NCBI GenBank assembly: GCA_963749495.1
Contig: CAVVMW010000006.1
Span: forward strand, 576,001 to 640,000
Direction of reading: 5' to 3'
Length of the DNA stretch: 64,000 nucleotides
DNA from: an uncultured bacterium
Lineage (GTDB): Bacteria; Verrucomicrobiota; Verrucomicrobiia; Limisphaerales; UBA8199
Below the pieces are notes generated by a model, which was not told the origin of the DNA, searched no databases, and saw only the letters and a list, made by a program, of their open reading frames with translations. Positions 10,415 through 19,950 of the stretch are shown here, piece by piece. The position numbers and the translations under genes were made by a program. Within the stretch, counting starts at the first letter, position 1; each line of letters starts with the position of its first letter.

Positions 10415-10738
10415 ATGCCCATTGCTCCACAGATTAGTTCGCAGCACGTCACCGGCTTTGTGGTCGGACTGGGAGTCGCCGCCGCCGGTTTTTACTTCTA
10501 CAAAAAGAATCAAAAGCGCGTGGATGACTGGCTTCGGCATCAGGGGATTGCCCTGCCGGCGGCCGAAGCCAGCGACTACCAGGCCATGACACTGGAGGAA
10601 CTGGTTAGGGAAAAGGAACGGCTCGAGGACCTCATCGCCGAGCGGGAACATGCCGCAGCGCAGCAAGCCACAAAGCCGCGTGGCCGGCGCAAGCGCCCCG
10701 CCGGCCAACCACCTCGCGCCGAGGCCAAAGCGGCCTGA
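10415..10738 (+). CDS. Small single-TM protein with a GxxxG motif (FezA-like)
   Basis: GFVVGLGVAAAG TM segment, then FYFYKKN and an acidic helix LEELVREKERLEDLIAE. Confidence 0.65.
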   Translation: MPIAPQISSQHVTGFVVGLGVAAAGFYFYKKNQKRVDDWLRHQGIALPAAEASDYQAMTLEELVREKERLEDLIAEREHAAAQQATKPRGRRKRPAGQPPRAEAKAA

Positions 10739-10947
10739 GAGCCCGCTCACTTGCCCCGGAGCACGAGGACCGGCACGCGGATGCTGTGCTGGACGCGGCT
10801 GGCGGTGGTGCCCGGAAACAGGTCCGCCGCTCGTTGAACCAACGTCTCGCGGCGCTCGAACGCCACAGCGCGGAAATGCCGCGCACGCGCGCATCTCATC
10901 TTTGTCGCGCCCGGCCGAAGCGAGCGATGGGAGCGCGCGTCCGAATT

Positions 10948-11043
10948 CGCGAAGCGTTTTGGACTGTGGCAGTCCTCTGCCGCTTTTCGGACCCTGGGGA
11001 CGCGAAAGCGCCAGAGGACTGGCGCAGTCCAAAACCTTGCGGG
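10948..11043. repeat. REP-like doublet family B (TTTTGGACTGCGGCAGTCCTCTGCCGCT ... inverse)
   Basis: Similar copies at 21848-21941, 22028-22066 (collapsed) and 32469-32565. Confidence 0.85.
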
Positions 11044-11168
11044 CTTCCCGACGCCGCGCTCCAATTGCCTGGCTTGGCGAGGGCCGACAAAGGTGAGATG
11101 TGCCCGCCGCGCACTCCAAGCGCTATTTGCCGTCGATCTCGCCGGATGCTATTCTTAATCTGGCGAAG

Positions 11169-12386
11169 ATGATTATACATGGTTTACCGCGTTCCTCCCT
11201 GGTCCCCATCCTCATGGCCTCACTCATGGGCGGGCCTGCCAACACACTGGGCGCCGATGACGTTCAGCCGCTTGCGGGCGGCATTGACGCTCTTGCCCTG
11301 GACCTCTACGGGAAGCTCAAAACCACCGACGGCAACCTCTTCTTCTCCCCCTACAGCATCTCTGCCTGCCTGGCCATGACGTGCGCCGGCGCGCGCGGGG
11401 ACACTGCCGCGCAGATGGCCCAGACCCTCCATTTCAGCACGGACCAGGCCCAACTCGCCTCCGCCTTTGGCCAACTGCAAGGGCAACTCAACGCGGTCGA
11501 GCAGGACCCGGGCATCCAATTGAATGTCGCCAACGGCTTGTGGGCGCAGCAAAGTCATCCCTTCCTCCCGGCGTTTCTGGACATCGCGAAGACCGCGTAT
11601 CAGGCAAACCTCAACCAGGTGGACTTTCGCACCCAGGCCGAACCTGCGCGCCAGGAGATCAACGACTGGGTGGGCCGCAAGACCGAAGGCAAGATCACCA
11701 ACCTGCTCCAACCGGGCACGGTTGATCCAGCCACCCGGCTGATCCTGGTTAATGCCATCCACTTCAAGGGGCAATGGGCCCGGCCGTTCAACAAAACGAA
11801 TACCACGACGGCGCCATTCTCGGCCGCACCCGGCAGACAGGTCCAAGCCGCCCTGATGAACCTGACCGCCGACTTCAACTATGCCGAGGCCCCGGGACTG
11901 CAACTGTTGGAACTCCCCTACGCCGGCGGCGGCCTCTCGATGGTCGTGCTGCTCCCCACGCAAATCGACGGGCTCAAGAGCCTGGAGGGGACGCTCAATC
12001 AACGGACACTCGACGGCTGGCTGGCACAAGCCCGCCGGCAGAAGGTCAAGGTGTTTCTGCCCAAATTCAAGCTCACGGCGCAGTTCAGCCTCGCAAGAAC
12101 CCTCGCGGAGATGGGGATGAGTGACGCTTTCTCGCCCACGGCGGATTTTTCCGGCATGGACGGCGCACGGGACCTCTTCATATCGGCCGTCCTCCATAAA
12201 GCCTTCGTGGAGGTCAACGAGGAGGGGACCGAGGCCGCCGCGGCAACCGGCACTGTGATGAGGATGCTCGCCGTCAGGCCCCAGCCCACACTTGTTTTCC
12301 GCGCCGATCATCCCTTCGTCTTCCTCATTCGCGACACCCGTTCAGGCAGCATTCTCTTCCTGGGCCGAGTGCTCGACCCGAGTTAG
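11169..12386 (+). CDS. Serpin (serine protease inhibitor), probably secreted
   Basis: NLFFSPYSI, LVNAIHFKGQW, hinge EEGTEAAAAT, FRADHPFVFLIRD. Confidence 0.95.
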   Translation: MIIHGLPRSSLVPILMASLMGGPANTLGADDVQPLAGGIDALALDLYGKLKTTDGNLFFSPYSISACLAMTCAGARGDTAAQMAQTLHFSTDQAQLASAFGQLQGQLNAVEQDPGIQLNVANGLWAQQSHPFLPAFLDIAKTAYQANLNQVDFRTQAEPARQEINDWVGRKTEGKITNLLQPGTVDPATRLILVNAIHFKGQWARPFNKTNTTTAPFSAAPGRQVQAALMNLTADFNYAEAPGLQLLELPYAGGGLSMVVLLPTQIDGLKSLEGTLNQRTLDGWLAQARRQKVKVFLPKFKLTAQFSLARTLAEMGMSDAFSPTADFSGMDGARDLFISAVLHKAFVEVNEEGTEAAAATGTVMRMLAVRPQPTLVFRADHPFVFLIRDTRSGSILFLGRVLDPS

Positions 12387-12508
12387 TCCACAGTCCACAG
12401 TCCACAGTCCAGAGTCCACAATCAGCCAACGGTCGCCTCTGTCCATATCTCGGCCCGGCACGCATACCGTGGACTGTGGACTGTGGACTGTGGACCGTGG
12501 ACGGTGGA
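12385..12508. repeat. Inverted pair of heptamer arrays (AGTCCAC)n ... (GTGGACT)n
   Basis: Begins at the serpin stop codon and can form a long stem. Confidence 0.85.
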
Positions 12509-12527
12509 GGGCGGACGGAATCGCAAT

Positions 12528-12891
12528 GGGGTCGGTTAATGAGATTGTCATATAGGGACTTTGATCAGAATAGTAATTCTCATTAACTGACCCCTAGACG
12601 CAATGGGGTCGCAATGGGGTCGGTTAATGAGATTGTCATATAGGGACTTTGATCAGAATAGTAATTCTCATTAACTGACCCCTTTAAGAATAGTACATTC
12701 TCGATTCCGCAGAAAAACCCCCTGTTTTTGGAGATAAGCGGAGGTGCAGGAAAAGTGTCGGGAATTCTTACGCGCTAATTTGGTCTGTACGCGATTTGAA
12801 TGACCGAGGGATACATCAGACATGGTTTTTTTCACTGTCTCTTTTTGATCAGAGGGGTTTTTCAGCAGAATCATTCTCATTAACTGACCCC
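12528..12891. repeat. Two identical 67-bp GGGGTCGGTTAATGAGA..TCTCATTAACTGACCCC palindromes plus a lone right arm
   Basis: Copies at 12528-12594 and 12616-12682; right arm at 12873-12891. Confidence 0.9.
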
Positions 12892-12892
12892 T

Positions 12893-12955
12893 TTACTTTA
12901 CGCCAAGAACAGCGACCACCAGCAACGCCAGCACCACATTGACCCGCGTCCGCAT
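12893..12955 (-). pseudogene. N-terminal stub (signal anchor MRTRVNVVLALLVVAVLGVK) truncated at the palindrome arm
   Basis: Has its own TTGCCC-16-CAGACT promoter-like sequence 6 nt upstream; the ORF stops beside the repeat. Confidence 0.45.
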
Positions 12956-13078
12956 AACGGCAGTCTGTCCGAGCGGCGCAAGGGGGCAAGCAAATACCGC
13001 AACCCGCTTACGGGTGCGCCAGAAGAACGGCGGGATTGACGCGGTTGAGGAACAGCGAAATACTATGCCGGTTGCGCC

Positions 13079-13279
13079 ATGCCAAGAAAGACACGAGAGT
13101 TGATTGCTGACTTGGGACAGGCGGGTTTCGCCCAGGTGCCGGGTGGAAAGGGTTCGCACCGGAAGTTCCGTCACCCGCGTCTTCCTGGTGCGTTGATCTT
13201 GAGCGGCAAAGACGGCGCCGATGCGCACCCATACCAGGAGAGGCAAGTGCGCAACGCTATACAGGACGCGAGCCGATGA
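13079..13279 (+). CDS. hicA: HicA-family toxin
   Basis: AGF...GGKGSHRKFRHP motif, 66 aa. Confidence 0.9.
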   Translation: MPRKTRELIADLGQAGFAQVPGGKGSHRKFRHPRLPGALILSGKDGADAHPYQERQVRNAIQDASR

Positions 13280-13512
13280 AGACCGAAGACCGTTACCTGA
13301 AATTCGTTCGTTGGAGCGAACCGGACAACCTCTACGTGGGATACTGTCCCGACCTCTTTCCGTGGGGCGGCGTTTGCCACGCGGCCACGGAGGAGCACGC
13401 TTACAGGGAGTTGTGCTCGCTCGTTCGCGATGAACTTGTGGATTTGCAGCGCGCGGGCATGGACCTTCCCATCCCCAACACCCGCCCCATGCGCGACGCC
13501 GCACCCGCGTGA
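13276..13512 (+). CDS. hicB: Short HicB-family antitoxin
   Basis: ATGA overlap with hicA; YVGYCPDL..GVCHAATEEHA..EL...LP.P. Confidence 0.82.
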   Translation: MKTEDRYLKFVRWSEPDNLYVGYCPDLFPWGGVCHAATEEHAYRELCSLVRDELVDLQRAGMDLPIPNTRPMRDAAPA

Positions 13513-13543
13513 TGCTTGGAAAAAGGCTGACCGGCGGCCCCTT

Positions 13544-13603
13544 TCGGTAAATGAGATTGTCATAATTCCCGATCAGGATAGTACATTCTCATGGGCTGAC
13601 CCC
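13544..13603. repeat. Degenerate copy of the 67-bp GGGGTC palindrome
   Basis: TCGGTAAATGAGATTGTCATA..GATCAG.ATAGTA.ATTCTCAT...CTGACCCC. Confidence 0.8.
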
Positions 13604-13732
13604 TTTCCGGCCAGAGCATCGTTAGCGCATTGACGGGGATTGGCACACGCACACCCTGGAGCACTCGGAGAGCCGTCTGGAGCCGTGTGGGCCACGGCTT
13701 TGTCGGCTTTGAGTTCGTCCACACCAAACGAC

Positions 13733-13791
13733 TGCTAAATATTTCGCATTTTGTTGTTGACACCTCGTTCCAGGATGCTAAGCTTTTAACA
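13733..13791 (+). promoter_or_regulatory. sigma70 promoter of blaI with two TGCTAA-N4-TTAGCA-like operators
   Basis: TTGACA at 13757 and TGcTAAGCT at 13779; imperfect palindromes at 13733-13748 and 13776-13791. Confidence 0.65.
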
Positions 13792-13798
13792 CTTTAAG

Positions 13799-14182
13799 AT
13801 GAACTTGGAACGGGACCTCAGCCGCCGCGAACGCCAGATCATGGATGTGCTCCACGCCAGAGGCGAAGCCACCGCGGCAGAGGTCCTCCCCGCCCTGCCC
13901 GATCCTCCGGGCTACTCCGCTGTCCGGACCCTGCTCCGCATCCTCGAGGAAAAAGGCCATGTGAGGCATCGTCGCGAGGGAGCGCGTTATTTTTATGCCC
14001 CGCGAACCTCGCCAAAGGTCGCCCGTCGTTCCGCGTTGAAACGGGTGGTCGCCACGTTCTTCCAAGGATCGGTGGCGCAGGCGATGGCGGCGCTCCTGGA
14101 GGGCGCCGACACCGAGCTTTCGGATGGAGAATTGATCCGACTGCAACAGCTCATCAAGAAAGCGAGAAAGGAAGGCCGTTAG
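13799..14182 (+). CDS. BlaI/MecI/CopY-family repressor
   Basis: LSRRERQIMDVL..YSAVRTLLRILEEKG..FFQGS. Confidence 0.93.
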   Translation: MNLERDLSRRERQIMDVLHARGEATAAEVLPALPDPPGYSAVRTLLRILEEKGHVRHRREGARYFYAPRTSPKVARRSALKRVVATFFQGSVAQAMAALLEGADTELSDGELIRLQQLIKKARKEGR

Positions 14183-14183
14183 C

Positions 14184-15045
14184 ATGAATTCATGGACCGC
14201 AATCGTGAGGCATTCGCTGGCAGACTTCCAGCTTGCCGCCGGGTTTCTGGATGCATTCCTCAAGAGTTTCGTCATTCTCATCGTCGCCGGCGGGGTCTGC
14301 CTTTTGTGGCGCCGAGGCGCCGCCTGCGCGCGCCACTTGGTGTGGGTTCTGGCGGTGGCGGGATTGCTCTGTTTGCCGGGCCTTTCGGGCCTGATGCCGG
14401 CGTGGCAGCGGCCGCTTTGGACGGTGGGGACGCGCGCCAATTCCGAAAACGAACTCACACTCACCCTCGAGTTCGCGCCGGCCAGGGCAAGCACAGCCTC
14501 CGCCCGCCAGGCGCCTGCCCCCGAGTCCGCTGAGGCGGCTCCTGCTCTTGCCGCGCCTCAAGGCGCCGGAGGACAACGACTGGCGACTCGTCTCCACACC
14601 GGTTGGGCAGCCTCCGTCCTTGCCGTCTGGATGAGCGGAGCGGTTATCATTCTGCTCTCGGTGGCGGTCGGGCGCTTTCGCCTCCAGGCCCTCCGCCGCG
14701 GCGCAGGCGCGCCCTCCAATGCCGACTGGCTCCCGTTATTGGGCCTGCTTTGCGAGGAGTTGCGGGTTGGGCGGCGCGTGACTTTGTTGCAGTCTGCGGA
14801 CGACCCGATGCCGGTGACCTGGGGCTGTTTGCGGCCGGTCATCCTCCTGCCGGCCCAGGCCGATGAATGGTCGCCGGAGCGGCGCCGGGTCGTGCTGCTG
14901 CACGAGCTGGCGCACGTGAAACGGTGGGATTGCCTGACCCAAATGATGGCCCGGCTGGCCTGTGCAGTTTACTGGTTCAACCCACTGGCCTGGGTGGCGG
15001 CGCGGCGGATGTGCATCGAACGCGAGCGGGCCTGCGACGACCTAG
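14184..15045 (+). pseudogene. BlaR1-like M56 metallopeptidase, 3'-truncated by the IS
   Basis: HELAHVKRWD, YWFNPL, ERERACDDL, then reads into the IS end. Confidence 0.88.
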
Positions 15046-17036
15046 CCCCAGTTTACGAGTTATTTCAAGGGTGCCTCGGAATTGGTTGTCAACCAGCAGG
15101 TTACAACCTGGCCCCTCTATGCCCTAAAACGGCGATTTGGGGGCTCTCAGTTCGAGTATCTCCATCAGCTTTGCCTGGATTTCGTCCCGCTTGGTCAGCA
15201 CCGGCTGCTCCGTGGCCGGTCGGCCTGCGCGGCGGGCTGGGTAAACATTGATCACCTCCTGAATCCGGCCCAACTTCTCCAGCAGACCGGCCATGGATAA
15301 GCGCACGCCCGCCTGCCGTGCGCGGCGCCACACCAGGGTCGGAGCAGTACCGCAATAGTACAATAGAGTCCATGGACTTGGATCTTGCTCTCGGTCCAGT
15401 GGTGCAGTGGCCACCAGGCGCCAATGTGCCGGTCCTTCATTTCGTGGAAAATCTCCTCGATGACAAATTGGCTCCGGTAAGCGCGAATTACCTGGGCGTC
15501 GGTCCATTCCTTATGACCGGTGATGAGCAGCGTCTTGCCCAGATACGTATCGGCCAACTGTTGCTGCGCGGCTGGGTCCGCCACGTAAGCCAATTGGAGC
15601 ACGCCCGCCGCCGTCCGCGAGACGGTGGTCTTGAGCAACTGGCCCAGATGCTGACGGTGAAGAATCTGGTCGCACTTGCGCTGGACCGATTCGACGCTCG
15701 GCAGGGTGCCTCCCTTAATGAGCCCTGCGGCACGGTCTTGGAGGTTCTGCCGCACTTGGGCCAACTGGCTCAGCGCGCGGGCCAGGTCGTTTTGCACCGT
15801 CGCCCATTGGCTGGCAAAGAGGTGCTCGTTGTAAGTGACCACCACCGTGCGCTCCTTGCCATAGACCACCAGTTGGGTGTGCCAGCTTTTGGTGCCTTCC
15901 AGGCCCGGCTCGGTGGCGGCCTGCCAACGGGCGTCCTGGTTGGAAATCCGCATCAGGTCGGGATGCTCGTCCAACTTGACCGAACCGACGTAGGGCAGTC
16001 CGAGTTGGTCAATCAAGCCGAAGTTGTCCTCGGAGTTGTTGCCCTTATCGAAGATGAGCGTCGGTTTGACCGTGGCCCAGGTCGAACCGGCCCGCTCCAC
16101 CAGCCAGCGCTGAAACCTCGCCAGCACTTGCGGGAACTCCTTGGCGTCGTTGCGGTTGCCCTCATAGACCTCGTAAAAGAGCGGCAACTGCCCGTCGGTG
16201 GAGCAGAACAGGGCATAGCTGACTTGCCGCAGATTGCACCGGCCCTGCTTGTTCTTGCCGCGTTTGGCGACTTGGCACTTGAGGTTGAAGGTGTCGATGA
16301 AGGTGTAGAAGTTGGTGCCGTCATAACAAATCTGCGAGAGCGGGATTTGCTCCCGCTGCAGGACGCCGCCGATGAGTTGCTGCCAGATGGCCTGGGCGGT
16401 GAGCGGCTCGATGCGGTCCATGTGATCCCAGAAGCGCGGGGAGGTCAATTGCGCCGCCGACGCCTCGGGCCATAAACGCGCCAGGCAGGTGCGGCCAAGC
16501 CAATCCCACATCGCCTGCTTGCTGACCGGGTCGTAGGCACGGTTGATGGCCGCCAGGCGGATGTAGTCGCCGGTGCTCAGTCCCTGGTCGCGCTTGGGGC
16601 ATAGTTGATCGACCAGTTCGGCGACCCGGGCACGGCGCGTTTCCTGCCAGAGGGCCAGCGGCAGGGCCCAGTCGAGCACCTGGGCGTATTGGGGAGGGGG
16701 GCCGGTGCCCGCAACGGCTTGCGCGATATCCTCGGCTTTGCCGAGGTATCTTTGGGAGAGGCGGCGGCATTTGCCGTTTTTCCAACCCCAGAGGGAGAGA
16801 TAGTAGTAGGTGTGGCCATGAATGTTTTTGGCTTCGAGGCGATGCATAGCGCGCCGGACATGCGACGCGCATATTCAGGGCATAGTTACAGAAGATTGTC
16901 AAGCATAATATCTCATTTTATAGGGAAATATTGACGGTATCTGGGCTTGTGTTTTAGGGCATAGTGAGGAGGACGCGCAAACATTTGGGTCAGAAGGCCT
17001 TACACAGAATGGGCTATGCTAACTCGTAAACTGGGG
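15046..17036 (-). mobile_element. IS1634-family insertion sequence
   Basis: Perfect 17-bp TIR CCCCAGTTTACGAGTTA / TAACTCGTAAACTGGGG flanked on both sides by CTAG. Confidence 0.88.
15124..16847 (-). CDS. IS1634-family DDE transposase, frameshift near 15335
   Basis: YDGTNF, RGKNKQGR, GNRNDAK, IFDKGNNS, YRSQFVIEEIFHEMK; the C-terminus continues in another frame. Confidence 0.85.
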
Positions 17037-17397
17037 CTAGGTCGGTCGCCACACCCGTGGGAAAGTTGAATCGGGCGACGCTCCCCGTGCCATCCGCGCT
17101 ACCCGGTTGCCCTGCCAGCCCGGCCAGGGTCGTGACCACACCCGCGGGGCTGATCCGGCGAATCGTGTGGTCCGGGCAGTCCGCCACATAAACGGTCCCG
17201 GCGCTGTCCACCGCCACTCCCGTGGGCTGCTTGAACTGCGCCGCGCTCCCCGTGCCGTCCGCACTGCCCCATTGGCGGGGCGTGCCCGCGAAGTTGGTGA
17301 AGGCATACTGCTGCGCCACAGCGGCGGGCAACCAGCCGAGCAGGGCCACGCCCCAAACCGCCAATCCGGGCATCGTACAAATCTGCTTGATCTTCAT
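17037..17397 (-). pseudogene. Secreted NHL-repeat protein, 3'-truncated by the IS
   Basis: GGAGG SD, signal peptide, GSADGTGSAAQF..PTGVAVDSAGTVYVAD repeats ending at the IS junction. Confidence 0.85.
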
Positions 17398-17566
17398 AGA
17401 GCCTCCTTCCGTATCACTGACTTTTGTCTCCAGGTTATTTGCGGGCCGCCAATCGAAATCCCAAGCAGTGTGCCTTGGCAGGCCAGTCTGCATGGCTCCG
17501 CAGGAATTGACCGACCGTCCGCGCCGAGTATGAGACTCCCCCCGGATTTAGTCAAGACGCTTTGGA

Positions 17567-17692
17567 GGGGCCATTTCGACCAGGCGCAGGACAGAATTCT
17601 TCGCTGCCGCCTAAAGGCGGCGTTCCGCAGCCAACCGGAACGCCGCCTTTAGGCGGCAGGATGGGCGCTCGAAGAAATCGGTCGTGCGCCCC
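17567..17692. repeat. Nested palindrome family C (CTGCCGCCTAAAGGCGGCGTTCC..GGAACGCCGCCTTTAGGCGGCAG in a GGGGC..GCCCC shell)
   Basis: A near-identical core lies at 38283-38370 inside purQ. Confidence 0.85.
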
Positions 17693-17791
17693 TTCGACCA
17701 GGGTGTGAGACAGAATTCTTCGCCCCACAGAATTCGCGCAGGTGTTGGAAGGATATCGTGCCCAGAGAGCTAGACACTGGTCCGGCTCCGC

Positions 17792-18008
17792 TCATCGCGT
17801 AGCGATGATACGAAGGTAGCCGTGTGGCTTCAGCCCACGGAAAGGCGTTTCAGCCAGAGGGGTCGCGTCGCGCAGCGACGCCTGAGCCGCCCCTCCCCTC
17901 GGGGCCGCAGCCCGTTTCAGGCGTCGCTACGCGACGCCGGGGCTTCACCGGCACCTCGACCGGGGGCTGAAGCCACCCGGCTACGATCAGGACACCGCTA
18001 CGCGGTGA
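17792..18008. repeat. Multi-hairpin GTAG-type REP cluster
   Basis: GTAGCCGTGTGGCTTCAGCCCACGG and an inverse partner ending GGCTAC, with inner CGTCGCGCAGCGACG hairpins. Confidence 0.75.
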
Positions 18009-18069
18009 ACAGCGGCCCCCGCAACCCCCGATGCATCGGGGGAGGTCTGCCCCACCGCTCCCCACCTGA

Positions 18070-18243
18070 GGGCGCATCCCGCCACCGCCCCCACCGCCGG
18101 GGGCTGGACCGGAGTGCGCCCATCCTCGGGCGCAACAACGTCCGGAGCCAGGGCAGCGGTCAAACACTCCAGCGCGCCTGCCTCCTCCGTCGCTGCTGCG
18201 CCCGGGGACGGGCGCACTCCGGGGGAAGTGTCTGGATGCGTCC
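18070..18243. repeat. 174-bp nested palindromic element (family E), intergenic copy
   Basis: Reverse-orientation homologue of 30469-30642 and 37567-37740. Confidence 0.9.
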
Positions 18244-18330
18244 CTACCCGAACAGTTGCGAGAATTGTATTGTGCATTGGGGCGATCGGCGGCATACGTG
18301 GATCGTGTTGAACAACCCTCACTTTTTGGC

Positions 18331-19767
18331 ATGGTCATGAGAACCCGGCTGAGGATTATCGCGCTGGTTTGCGCCGCGCTCGCGGCGGGTTGGGCTGGCC
18401 TCGCGCGCGCAGGCCAATCTGCCGCAACCGAGCGCCCGAACATCATCATCATCCTGGCCGACGATCTCGGTTGGGGTGATTTAAGCTGTTACGGCCACCC
18501 CAGCATCCGCACGCCCAACCTCGACCGTCTGGCGGCAGAGGGCATGCGGTTCACGGACTTCTATTCTGCCGGCGAGGTTTGCACCCCGAGCCGGGCGGCT
18601 TTATTGACCGGACGCTACCCGATCCGCAGCGGCATGTGCGACGACAAATACAGGGTCCTGCGGCGCGTCTCATCCGGAGGGCTGCCTGCGGGGGAAATCA
18701 CCATCGCCCAGGCCCTCAAGAACCACGGCTACAGCACGGCTTGCATCGGGAAGTGGCACGTGGGCAACTATATGAATGACCCGGCGCACCACCCGCGCCG
18801 CCACGGGTTTGATTATTACTTCGGCCTGCCCCATTCCAACGACATGAACCCCACCCCGGCGGCGCCCAAAGGCGCGACCAGCCGGCTGGACCAGGAGCCC
18901 GAGTGGTGGGCGGCGCCGCTCTTCCGCAACGAGCAACTCATCGAGTGCCCGGCCAATCAGACGAGCTTGACCCGCCGCTACACCAAGGAGGCGGTCCGGT
19001 TCATTCACGAGCATCGGGACGGGCCGTTCCTGGTTTACCTGGCGCACACCTTCCCCCATGTCCCGCTCTTCGCCTCCGGGCAGTTCAAGGGCCGGAGCCG
19101 CCGCGGGCTTTACGGCAACGTGGTGGAGGAGATTGACTGGAGCGTCGGCCGGGTCGTCGAGGCCTTGCGCCGCGAAGGGCTGGAGCGGAAGACCTTCCTG
19201 TTCTTCACCAGTGACAACGGGCCCTGGCTGACCCAGGGCGAGGCCGGCGGTTCGGCCGGCCCGTTGCGTGAGGGCAAAGGCTCGACCTGGGAGGGCGGGA
19301 TGCGTGAGCCGGGCATAGCCTGGTGGCCGGGCCGGATTCGGGGCGGGGTGGTCACCCGCGAACTGGCCTGCACGATGGATCTGTTTGCGACCAGTCTCAA
19401 GCTGGCCGGGGCCGGACTGCCCGCGGACCGGGTGATCGACGGCGTGGACCTGGCCCCGATCCTGTTCGAGACGGGGCCGGGCCAGCGCGCGGTTTTCTGC
19501 TACTACCGCGGCACTCAGCTTTACGCCCTGCGCAAAGGGCCGTTCAAGGCCCATTTCACCACCCGTTCCGGCTACGGCGCAGACGCCGCCGTTTCACATG
19601 ACCCGCCTTTGCTCTTTGACTTGGGCCATGACCCGGGCGAGCGCTTCGATGTGGCTGCCAGCCATGCCGATGTGCTGGCCGACGTTGCCAAGGAAGCCGA
19701 GCGCCACCGGGCGACCCTCACGCCGGTCAAATCCCAGCTCGAGGAAGCGGTGGCCGGTGATCGGTGA
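18331..19767 (+). CDS. Secreted sulfatase (arylsulfatase A-like, Cys-type)
   Basis: PNIIIILADDLG, CTPSRAALLTGR, GKWH, SDNG. Confidence 0.95.
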   Translation: MVMRTRLRIIALVCAALAAGWAGLARAGQSAATERPNIIIILADDLGWGDLSCYGHPSIRTPNLDRLAAEGMRFTDFYSAGEVCTPSRAALLTGRYPIRSGMCDDKYRVLRRVSSGGLPAGEITIAQALKNHGYSTACIGKWHVGNYMNDPAHHPRRHGFDYYFGLPHSNDMNPTPAAPKGATSRLDQEPEWWAAPLFRNEQLIECPANQTSLTRRYTKEAVRFIHEHRDGPFLVYLAHTFPHVPLFASGQFKGRSRRGLYGNVVEEIDWSVGRVVEALRREGLERKTFLFFTSDNGPWLTQGEAGGSAGPLREGKGSTWEGGMREPGIAWWPGRIRGGVVTRELACTMDLFATSLKLAGAGLPADRVIDGVDLAPILFETGPGQRAVFCYYRGTQLYALRKGPFKAHFTTRSGYGADAAVSHDPPLLFDLGHDPGERFDVAASHADVLADVAKEAERHRATLTPVKSQLEEAVAGDR

Positions 19768-19794
19768 TCCTAAATCCGGCAGTTCAGCTTTTTC

Positions 19795-19916
19795 AACCAC
19801 GGATGGACACGGATAAAGACGGATAGGGAAATGCCTGGAGGGGCCCACGCCATGGGTGAACGCCTCCTGTTCCATTTCCTCTGTAAATCCGTGTTCATCC
19901 GTGTTCATCAGTGGTT
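19795..19916. repeat. Inverted 9-mer triplets (AACCACGGATGGACACGGAT.. / ..ATCCGTGTTCATCAGTGGTT)
   Basis: Read directly; same architecture at 25171, 28403, 39505 and 46646. Confidence 0.75.
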
Positions 19917-19950
19917 GAGTTGCCGTTTTGAGGGTGATAGCCTGTGCTGT

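Noticed and set aside
12528..12891. CRISPR array or integron attC array
   Set aside because: Only two full 67-bp copies, with a 21-bp gap that partly repeats the unit. No cas or integrase gene and no canonical RYYYAAC/GTTRRRY ends.
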